The position numbers and the translations under genes are program-made. Source: a virus (Duplodnaviria; Heunggongvirae; Uroviricota; Caudoviricetes). From it: a stretch of DNA of 5,217 nt. Location: IMG/VR virus record IMGVR_UViG_2645727673_000004, one strand, 5' to 3'. Shown here piece by piece: positions 1 to 5,178 of this stretch. Under the pieces are notes generated by a model, which did no database searches, was not told where the DNA came from, and saw only the letters and a list, made by a program, of their open reading frames with translations. Each line of letters starts with the position of its first letter. Positions within the stretch are counted from its first letter, which is position 1.

Positions 1-642
1 CGCCGTCAGTCGCCCGTCCGGTGTAAGGGAAAATGCAGGAGGATTACCGCCGCTGGTAATGGTGGGAGCCGTCAGATATTTCAGGAACACGTCGTTCATG
101 AATATCTGATCACCCTGACCAACAAACATCGGCTTTGTGTTGCCATTCGCAGGATTAATCATCGCAATCCTGTCTGCCGCCAGCAGCACCTGACTCTGCA
201 TTCCTGCTGGCGTATTCTCAATACCGGCACCGATACCCGCAATATAAAGGCGTCCGTCCTGCATCTGCTGCAGTTTCACGGCCCACATGCTGTTCAGGTT
301 ATTATTTGTATCAACCTGAACCTTCTGTATCTGCTGGATCGCTGCACTCTGGTCTTCCAGTTTCTTATTGACGGTCTGTGTGATTTCATTGCTGACATCC
401 GTAATGGATGTCCTGATTTCAGCCAGGTCAGGCGCAAGCTGACCGTTATCAATCTGCGTCCACAGCTCCTGAGCCAGATGGGTTTTCCCTATCTCGCCTT
501 TGAAAAAATCCAGATAGCCGGATGCGTCATCACTCGGCTGACCAACAGCCTCCACGAATGCCGATTTGCCAACGGTGTTCACACTGCGAACGTAAAAATA
601 ATAATTATGGCCCGGTTTGATATTGATACTGGCGGCTAACAT
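1..642 (-). CDS. Lambda J-like tail-tip / host-specificity protein, distal fragment; 5'-truncated and running off the window at its 3' side
   Basis: Minus-strand frame is open from the window edge to ATG at 640-642 (214 codons). Translation is [34 protein letters not shown]...[98 protein letters not shown], which I recognise as the conserved distal part of lambdoid J-family proteins (Fn3-like YYFYVRSVN strand). An in-frame TAA sits two codons upstream (646-648) and there is no SD before the ATG, so the ATG is probably fortuitous. Absent from the ORF track because its stop is outside the window. Confidence 0.6.
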   Translation of the reverse strand, partial: MLAASINIKPGHNYYFYVRSVNTVGKSAFVEAVGQPSDDASGYLDFFKGEIGKTHLAQELWTQIDNGQLAPDLAEIRTSITDVSNEITQTVNKKLEDQSAAIQQIQKVQVDTNNNLNSMWAVKLQQMQDGRLYIAGIGAGIENTPAGMQSQVLLAADRIAMINPANGNTKPMFVGQGDQIFMNDVFLKYLTAPTITSGGNPPAFSLTPDGRLTA

Positions 643-660
643 CAATTAAGGAGGTTCAAC

Positions 661-783
661 ATGTTTCATTCCACAAATCATCAGGCTGTAATTATGGCTG
701 CATCAGCTTGTGCCACAGACCTTTTCCGCTTCACTTTGAGCCTGATTCATTTCTACCTGACCGGCTCGCCTCTATCTTTTTAA
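661..783 (+). CDS. Hypothetical small protein (40 aa) preceded by a consensus Shine-Dalgarno
   Basis: ATG at 661 lies 6 nt after AAGGAGG (648-654). ORF is MFHSTNHQAVIMAASACATDLFRFTLSLIHFYLTGSPLSF with stop TAA at 781-783. It is below the ORF-track length cutoff. No homolog recognised; coding status uncertain. Confidence 0.3.
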   Translation: MFHSTNHQAVIMAASACATDLFRFTLSLIHFYLTGSPLSF

Positions 784-963
784 TCCCCGCTTTATCCAAA
801 TTGCATTGCCAGAATGCCGACAACAGACTGACATTCAAATCCTGACTACCTCCAATAGGCTGAGCATCCACCTATATAGTTTTAATTTTCATCAATCCAT
901 TTAACTATCGTTTAATTGTTGTCACATAGGATTCTGCCGTTTTTAACAATGCAGGATAATAAG

Positions 964-1257
964 ATGAAAAAAATGTTGTTTTCTGCCGCTCTGGCAATGC
1001 TTATTACAGGATGTGCTCAACAGACGTTTACTGTTGGAAACAAACCGACAGCAGTAACACCAAAGGAAACCATCACCCATCATTTCTTCGTTTCGGGAAT
1101 TGGACAGGAGAAAACTGTTGATGCAGCCAAAATTTGTGGCGGCGCAGAAAATGTTGTTAAAACAGAAACCCAGCAAACATTCGTAAATGGATTTCTCGGT
1201 TTTATTACTTTAGGCATTTATACTCCACTGGAAGCGCGTGTGTATTGCTCACAATAA
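964..1257 (+). CDS. bor: Bor outer-membrane lipoprotein (lambda bor family, serum-resistance lysogenic-conversion protein)
   Basis: Translation MKKMLFSAALAMLITGCAQQTFTVGNKPTAVTPKETITHHFFVSGIGQEKTVDAAKICGGAENVVKTETQQTFVNGFLGFITLGIYTPLEARVYCSQ (97 aa) matches lambda Bor nearly residue for residue as I recall it. Lipobox is LITGC. It is convergent with Rz, as in lambda. The ORF-track start at 916 adds 16 non-homologous residues; ATG 964 chosen. Confidence 0.9.
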   Translation: MKKMLFSAALAMLITGCAQQTFTVGNKPTAVTPKETITHHFFVSGIGQEKTVDAAKICGGAENVVKTETQQTFVNGFLGFITLGIYTPLEARVYCSQ

Positions 1258-1267
1258 TTGCATGAGT

Positions 1268-1285
1268 TGCCCATCGATATGGGCA
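1268..1285. terminator. Hairpin between the convergent bor and Rz stops; possible weak terminator
   Basis: TGCCCAT-CGAT-ATGGGCA, a perfect 7-bp stem, lies between the bor stop (1257) and the Rz stop (1289-1291). There is no strong U-tract on either side, so function is uncertain. Confidence 0.3.
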
Positions 1286-1288
1286 GCT

Positions 1289-1750
1289 CTATCTGCACTG
1301 CTCATTAATATACTTCTGGGTTCCTTCCAGTTGTTTTTGCATTGTGATCAGCCTCTCTCTGAGGGTGAAATAATCCCGTTCAGCGGTGTCTGCCAGTCGG
1401 GGGCTGGTTGCATTATCCACGCCGGAGGCGGTGGTGGCTTCACGCACTGACTGACAGACTGCTTTGATGTGCAACCGACGACGACCAGCGGCAACATCAG
1501 CGCGCAGAGTTTCATTTTCAGCTTTCGCATTGGCTAATTCTCTCGAGTACTTTGCATCGAGTGCAGCAACATCACGCTGACGCTGCTGCATGTCAGCGAT
1601 AGTGGCGATCGCCTGCTTCAGCTCACTGACTTTTTTATCACGCTGTTCTTTGTAGGCGATGGCGTTATCACGGTAATGATTGACCGCCCACGACAGGCAG
1701 ACGATGATGCAGATAACCAAAGCATAAATAATCGCGGCGACTCTGCTCAC
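1289..1750 (-). CDS. Rz: Rz i-spanin (inner-membrane spanin subunit)
   Basis: Translation [39 protein letters not shown]...[62 protein letters not shown] is near-identical to lambda Rz. I place the start at GTG 1748-1750, which overlaps the R stop (GTGA) and has GGGGGA 7 nt upstream; this gives 153 aa as in lambda. The ORF-track start at 1765 is a TTG with no SD. Confidence 0.85.
   Translation of the reverse strand: MSRVAAIIYALVICIIVCLSWAVNHYRDNAIAYKEQRDKKVSELKQAIATIADMQQRQRDVAALDAKYSRELANAKAENETLRADVAAGRRRLHIKAVCQSVREATTASGVDNATSPRLADTAERDYFTLRERLITMQKQLEGTQKYINEQCR
1348..1530 (-). CDS. Rz1: Rz1 o-spanin (outer-membrane lipoprotein), fully embedded in Rz in the +1 frame
   Basis: 60-aa [63 protein letters not shown] has lipobox LVVVGC and a proline-rich stretch, and is near-identical to lambda Rz1. 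It lies entirely inside Rz. Confidence 0.85.
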   Translation of the reverse strand: MRKLKMKLCALMLPLVVVGCTSKQSVSQCVKPPPPPAWIMQPAPDWQTPLNGIISPSERG

Positions 1751-2280
1751 TGCTCTATCCCCCAACAGGCTAATGCGCTTTCCTGGTCACGACGAATAAC
1801 CTGTCCATAGCAGTTATTTGAACGTATGCGGCAATCGCGCCCACCATCTTTTATCCACCAGCGAATCGCCTCGCATGCGCCCTTACGATCACCGGCATTC
1901 AGCCGCTTATAAAACGTCGACGGGAAACACTTACCGGGGCCAATGTTATAGGGACAGAATGACGCTATACCCGCTTTTTGTGGTTCGGTCAGTAGTACTT
2001 TAATATTGCGCTCCACCCATGCCAGCGCCTTATCACGCTCAATGGCGTTGACCTGGTCGCATTTTTCCTTCGACAGTTTCATACCGGGAAAAACGGGTTT
2101 TCCATCCACCATCGTGGCACCCCGACAGATGGTCCAGATGCCGGACCCATCGCGGTATGCCGTTGTGTGGTTACCTTCTTTTTCATCCAGAAACTGGTCG
2201 AGAATATCAGGCGCGGGCGCACCGACGGCAATCAGTGCCAGAACGGCAGCCGACAGGCCGTATCTGATTTTTGCGTTCAT
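1747..2280 (-). CDS. R: Endolysin, glycoside hydrolase family 24 (T4-lysozyme-like) with N-terminal SAR/signal-anchor segment
   Basis: 177-aa ORF with ATG start. N-terminal weakly hydrophobic Gly/Ala-rich segment [18 protein letters not shown] is followed by the catalytic E-x8-D-x5-T pattern ([16 protein letters not shown]). It matches the endolysins of Stx/lambdoid phages that I recall, and its stop overlaps the Rz start. Confidence 0.9.
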   Translation of the reverse strand: MNAKIRYGLSAAVLALIAVGAPAPDILDQFLDEKEGNHTTAYRDGSGIWTICRGATMVDGKPVFPGMKLSKEKCDQVNAIERDKALAWVERNIKVLLTEPQKAGIASFCPYNIGPGKCFPSTFYKRLNAGDRKGACEAIRWWIKDGGRDCRIRSNNCYGQVIRRDQESALACWGIEQ

Positions 2281-2343
2281 GGATATTTATCAGGATTTAT
2301 CGGTTTCTGCCCACGGACAGGTTTATCTGTTCCGGTCAGTGAC

Positions 2344-2694
2344 TTAAGGTTGTGATTCCGGAGGAGTCTTCAGAGAACCAGTAATTCTTCCCGGTAGCTT
2401 TCCTTTGTAGGTTATCCATACATTCTGCGCCTCTAAAATTACGGGGCGCTTTTCCGGCGACTGCTCATCCCCTTCACATAACCCGGCAGCAACATCCAGG
2501 AAGACCTGTCTGATACTCATTCTGGCTGCTGCCTCATAAAACTCCAGCGCGGCACCTTCAACACGGTCCAGCGAGATGTCCAGGTCAAAAATTTCACCGT
2601 CAAAGCGTTTTTTGTCCCGTAACGCTAAAGTTACCGTAACTTTATTCTCAAAATTGCGGATCCCTTTCACAATCAGTTCATAGTTTTGAGTCAT
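2344..2694 (-). CDS. DUF1327-family protein (YdfR-like) located between holin and endolysin
   Basis: 116-aa ORF MTQNYELIVKGIRNFENKVTVTLALRDKKRFDGEIFDLDISLDRVEGAALEFYEAAARMSIRQVFLDVAAG... resembles E. coli Qin-prophage YdfR, which lies between essQ and rrrQ (from memory). ATG at 2694 has GGGGAGAG upstream and sits 4 nt after the holin stop. Confidence 0.7.
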   Translation of the reverse strand: MTQNYELIVKGIRNFENKVTVTLALRDKKRFDGEIFDLDISLDRVEGAALEFYEAAARMSIRQVFLDVAAGLCEGDEQSPEKRPVILEAQNVWITYKGKLPGRITGSLKTPPESQP

Positions 2695-2698
2695 TGAA

Positions 2699-2914
2699 TT
2701 ACTCTCCCCGTGCCGCCTTACGACGGTCCTCTCTGATTTTGAAATACAGGTTAGTCAGATATGTCAGCAGCCCAAACAGCAGACTCCCCAGCACGCCTAT
2801 TGCCGCCCACTGAGACGGGGAAACCCTGTCCAGCAACTGCAGGAACCAGTAGCCCGTTCCCACCGCTGACGTGGTGTATGACACACCTGTTGTGATTTTT
2901 TCCATCTGGTCCAT
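2699..2914 (-). CDS. S: Class II holin / pinholin of the phage 21 S family, with dual-start motif (antiholin from Met1, holin from Met4)
   Basis: Translation [71 protein letters not shown] (71 aa) closely matches S21 as I recall it. Two in-frame ATGs at 2912-2914 and 2903-2905 give the classic dual start, with GGGAGA upstream. The ORF-track N-terminal extension to 3019 begins at GTG and contains a terminator, so it is rejected. Confidence 0.85.
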   Translation of the reverse strand: MDQMEKITTGVSYTTSAVGTGYWFLQLLDRVSPSQWAAIGVLGSLLFGLLTYLTNLYFKIREDRRKAARGE

Positions 2915-2946
2915 ACCCCGTCTCCCGTTATCCGGAAGCTGACAAC

Positions 2947-2978
2947 AATAAAAAAGCCACCAGTTAACTACTGATGGC
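2947..2978 (-). terminator. Rho-independent terminator on the late strand, immediately upstream of the holin
   Basis: Minus-strand RNA GCCAUCAG-UAGUUAA-CUGGUGGC forms an 8-bp stem with one G-U pair, followed by UUUUUUAUUG. Confidence 0.5.
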
Positions 2979-3221
2979 TCTGATAACTCATGCAAGCGTC
3001 TCAGACGATCCACTGACACTACCGGTGAGTTTAACGATACCTTCCATTTGACTGGCTCACTTTTTATGATGATGCCGGTGTATTTATCTCCAGCACCAGA
3101 CTTTCTATCTCAACGCCATACGTTGCATTTTTGGTAATATCCGTCAGCGTCAGTGCATTTAGTCCCACTGCCAGACCGTCTTTTATGGTCTGGAATGCCG
3201 GGCCAGTACGATGACGTAGTA

Positions 3222-3410
3222 TCACTCCGGCTCAGTTGCACCACTGACCACCACATCACCTTCTGCTGCAATCGCCTGCATCAGGGTATAAGGGGTTATG
3301 GCCACCGGACTACCAAACGGCTGCCAGCCCTCTTTCAGTTTATGTGTCAGCTTTTCCGCAAGATCTGACGGCGGCGCCGCCCTGACAACATCATAGTGTT
3401 TAAATGCCAT
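3222..3410 (-). CDS. Small DUF1737-like protein (62 aa)
   Basis: ORF MAFKHYDVVRAAPPSDLAEKLTHKLKEGWQPFGSPVAITPYTLMQAIAAEGDVVVSGATEPE carries the EGWQP-G motif that I associate with DUF1737 small proteins. ATG 3408-3410 is preceded by GGTGGAAAG; an alternative ATG at 3425 (MVERT...) has no SD. Confidence 0.55.
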   Translation of the reverse strand: MAFKHYDVVRAAPPSDLAEKLTHKLKEGWQPFGSPVAITPYTLMQAIAAEGDVVVSGATEPE

Positions 3411-3670
3411 GGTTCTTTCCACCATCTGAAAAATAATTCTTTAAAATACCAGACATGTAACACAGAAAAAACACAAAACCATACCTTAAATAGAAACCTG
3501 ATCATCAAGCAGATATGCATGGATAAACTACAAGACGAGATATAAACCACCCTGCATTTAAATAAACAATAAACAACATCAGAAAAATAATTCTGCTCTA
3601 TGGTTTATATTCAAAAATATCATTTATACTTTTCAGAACATCACCAGCAAGGCATAAACAAGGAAGCTAA

Positions 3671-4006
3671 ATGAAGTGGATTGTAATTGATACAGTTATC
3701 CAGCCATCATGCGGAATATCTTTTTCAGTCATATGGAGTAAAGTAAAATTAATAATCTGGTATCAATCGGATGCTTTCTTACCTCCTGAAAGTATATTTA
3801 CACTGACTCACACAGGTATCATGCTCAATAACAAAGTGCTACCTGTAACCATTTACAACGTAGTACCATTCAATAAAACATTCTGGAATTTAATCAAAAA
3901 CAGCCAGGAATGCCCTACAAATACAGATAACGTATTGAATGAATGCTTTAATAACCGTTGCATTCTGCAAATATGTCCTTATGGACTAAAACAACAAAGT
4001 CCATAA
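3671..4006 (+). CDS. Hypothetical protein, AT-rich orphan ORF (111 aa) opposite to the late operon
   Basis: ATG at 3671 is preceded by AAGGAAG (3660-3666). A 111-codon open frame in strongly AT-rich sequence is unlikely by chance because stop codons are AT-rich. Protein is [111 protein letters not shown]; no family recognised. Confidence 0.45.
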   Translation: MKWIVIDTVIQPSCGISFSVIWSKVKLIIWYQSDAFLPPESIFTLTHTGIMLNNKVLPVTIYNVVPFNKTFWNLIKNSQECPTNTDNVLNECFNNRCILQICPYGLKQQSP

Positions 4007-4027
4007 GGAGTTTACTCACATCTGACA

Positions 4028-4062
4028 AAATCAATATAAACAGCCCCTCCGGAGAGGGGCTG
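4028..4062 (-). terminator. Rho-independent terminator on the late strand (3' end of repeat unit R1)
   Basis: Perfect 9-bp GC-rich stem CAGCCCCUC-(4-nt loop)-GAGGGGCUG at 4041-4062, followed on the minus strand by UUUAUAUUGAUUUUGUC. There is no U-tract on the plus side. Confidence 0.6.
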
Positions 4063-4276
4063 GAGAGTGGCGCTATGTGCCATTGCATGGTGCCGGGTGC
4101 CTCCCGGTGAATTCAGTACCAGCACCTGAATCCGCGATTATCCCATATACCTACTCGCTGATTACCCCTCCGCACAGGGGGATTCACCATGCGAAATTTT
4201 TTAACAAACTTCCCGCCGGCCAGACAATAATCGCCAGCCTGAATTATGAGCAACGTGGCATTTTACGGGAAAACTG
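4041..4276. repeat. Repeat unit R1 of a diverged ~240-bp direct repeat (paralog of 4505-4746)
   Basis: Aligns with 4505-4746 along its whole length with several indels, roughly three-quarters identical by eye. Shared blocks include the 20-mer AGCCCCTCCGGAGAGGGGCT, GCATGGTGCC-GG-GCCTCCCGGT-AATTCAG, GGGGGATTCACCATGCG and TTTTTAACAAA...CCAGACAAT. Confidence 0.75.
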
Positions 4277-4283
4277 TTTTCTG

Positions 4284-4310
4284 CAGTAAAAAGGCCCGCC
4301 GGAGCGAGCC
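4284..4310 (-). terminator. Imperfect GC-hairpin terminator on the late strand, upstream boundary of R1
   Basis: GGCCCGC-CGGA-GCGAGCC at 4293-4310 has a 7-bp stem with one mismatch and the same CGGA loop as the repeat hairpins, followed on the minus strand by UUUUUAC. Confidence 0.4.
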
Positions 4311-4496
4311 TGGAAGGATAGCGGTCATGTGATGCCGGTTTCCCGGTAACTCAGCATCGGTATCTGAGTCAACGTTTTCTCTACTGGGTCATTTCCGATA
4401 CGTTCCGCCTTCCGGCAGACTTTCATCACGTCAGAAAATATAGCACCCTGAGTAACAGGACAGTACTCAGAATTCAGGAAACTGTGACACATCCTG

Positions 4497-4524
4497 CACA
4501 GAAAAGCCCCTCCGGAGAGGGGCT
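4497..4524 (-). terminator. Rho-independent terminator on the late strand (3' end of repeat unit R2)
   Basis: Perfect 8-bp stem AGCCCCUC-(4-nt loop)-GAGGGGCU at 4505-4524, followed on the minus strand by UUUUCUGUGC. Confidence 0.55.
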
Positions 4525-4746
4525 GAAGTATAGCCTAATTTCTGTCTGTCGCATGGTGCCAGGGGCCTCCCGGTAAATTCAGCCTGTCTACTGAATTTGC
4601 ATGTTCTCTGGATCATACACTTTGCCAGATGCCCCGCCGCTGAGGGGGATTCACCATGCGATGTAATTTTTAACAAATTCTCCGGCAGCCAGACAATCAT
4701 CAAGCTGTGGAATTGTGAGGTATTTAAAAATTTCAACGGGTAACTG
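4505..4746. repeat. Repeat unit R2 (paralog of 4041-4276)
   Basis: See R1. Same block order and orientation, and the same palindromic 20-mer at its left end. Confidence 0.75.
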
Positions 4747-4890
4747 ATACCCTGCTAATCGCCTGATGCTTTCTTTTTCAGCAACGGGAAAGCAACAACC
4801 ACACACCCGCCACCAAAACACCATCAGACAGCACCGACATTATCCGGCTGCTGAAGTCCACCATCACCACCAGAAACAACAGGAGTGCAA

Positions 4891-4939
4891 CCACAGCTGC
4901 TTAGAAGGCAATTGCTCTGCCCGGCTGAGCTAACAACGC
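4891..4939 (-). pseudogene. Degenerate tRNA-Arg(UCU)-like fragment (5' half only: acceptor arm, D-arm, anticodon arm)
   Basis: Minus strand reads GCGTTGT-TAGCTCAGCCGGGCAGAGC-A-ATTGC-CTTCTAA-GCAGC, with the D-arm and anticodon loop (U33, anticodon UCU) arranged like argU-type tRNA-Arg. No T-arm (no GTTCGAATC) or acceptor 3' strand follows, so it is a remnant. Confidence 0.3.
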
Positions 4940-5039
4940 TGAATACCGATAATGGACCGCCATCGGGGACCCGCCCCCGCACCAACAACCCTGTTATCGT
5001 GTCGTCTGCTCTTCCTGATAAGCTAATGGCGGTTTGTGA

Positions 5040-5115
5040 TGGTGGCCCTTGCTGGATTTGAACCAGCGACCTGGCGATTATGAGTCGCTCGCTCTCACCA
5101 CTGAGCTAAAGGGCC
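5040..5115 (-). tRNA. tRNA with CAU anticodon, most similar to tRNA-Ile2 (ileX/ileZ-like, lysidine type); may be annotated tRNA-Met
   Basis: Minus strand GGCCCTTTAGCTCAGTGGTGAGAGCGAGCGACTCATAATCGCCAGGTCGCTGGTTCAAATCCAGCAAGGGCCACCA is 76 nt and folds as a canonical cloverleaf: 7-bp acceptor stem, GCTC/GAGC D-stem, anticodon loop CUCAUAA, T-arm GCTGG-TTCAAAT-CCAGC, encoded CCA. It differs at only a handful of positions from E. coli ileX as I recall it. Confidence 0.9.
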
Positions 5116-5150
5116 GGGAGTAGAATAATAACGGTCCGTAATTAATTCCG

Positions 5151-5178
5151 CAATAAAAAACCCGCTCGGCGGCGGGTT
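5151..5178 (-). terminator. Rho-independent terminator on the late strand upstream of the tRNA (tR'-like)
   Basis: Minus-strand RNA AACCCGC-CGCCGA-GCGGGUU forms a 7-bp stem followed by UUUUAUUG. Its position upstream of the ileZ-like tRNA matches the tR' position in Stx-type phages. Confidence 0.55.

Noticed and set aside
916-963. N-terminal extension of bor (ORF-track start MLSHRILPFLTMQDNK...)
   Set aside because: Bor homologs begin at MKKML, the extension has no SD, and it would place 16 residues in front of the lipoprotein signal peptide.
784-963. Sigma-70 promoter for bor (for example TTGTCA at 919-924 with TTTAAC at 942-947)
   Set aside because: Several weak hexamer combinations are possible and none is convincing by eye, so no promoter coordinates are reported.
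1751-1765. Rz start at 1765 as given by the ORF track
   Set aside because: The codon at 1763-1765 is TTG with no SD. GTG at 1750 overlaps the R stop as in lambda, has GGGGGA upstream and gives the canonical 153-aa Rz.
943-2355. ORF-track frames overlapping bor, Rz, R and the DUF1327-like gene (943-1176 minus, 1238-1450 plus, 1818-2003 plus, 2006-2347 plus, 2167-2355 plus)
   Set aside because: All lie antisense to or out of frame with genes that have strong homology, and none has a recognisable family or start context.
2915-3019. N-terminal extension of the holin ORF ([14 protein letters not shown]..., GTG start)
   Set aside because: S21-family holins are about 71 aa with the dual-start motif at 2914 and 2905, and the extension contains an intrinsic terminator hairpin (2947-2978).
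3153-3550. ORF-track frames 3153-3368 (plus) and 3347-3550 (minus)
   Set aside because: The first is antisense to the DUF1737-like gene; the second overlaps it out of frame and runs into AT-rich intergenic sequence. Neither has an SD or a recognisable product.
4077-4289. 70-aa plus-strand ORF inside repeat R1, and the matching open frame in R2 (4534-4743)
   Set aside because: The nucleotide-identical 17-mer GGGGGATTCACCATGCG is translated in different frames in the two copies (GIHHA versus GDSPC), the R2 frame has no ATG or GTG start, and the middle regions share no protein similarity. Conservation is at the nucleotide level.
4467-4736. 89-aa minus-strand ORF across repeat R2
   Set aside because: It has no counterpart frame in R1, spans a terminator hairpin, has no SD, and is explained by the repeat's GC-rich composition.
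4041-4746. CRISPR array
   Set aside because: There are only two copies of a long (~240-bp) diverged unit with no short uniform repeats or spacers, and no cas genes.
4766-4933. 55-codon His/Gln-rich plus-strand ORF (MLSFSATGKQQPHTRHQN...)
   Set aside because: It has no SD and a low-complexity composition that follows directly from the CA-rich tract, and it overlaps the tRNA-Arg-like remnant; most likely not translated.
5040-5115. tRNA as an island integration site (attB) with a duplicated 3' end
   Set aside because: I could find no second copy of the tRNA 3' end (TTCAAATCCAGCAAGGGCCACCA) in the window and no integrase. The tRNA sits in the position of phage-encoded ileZ downstream of tR'.
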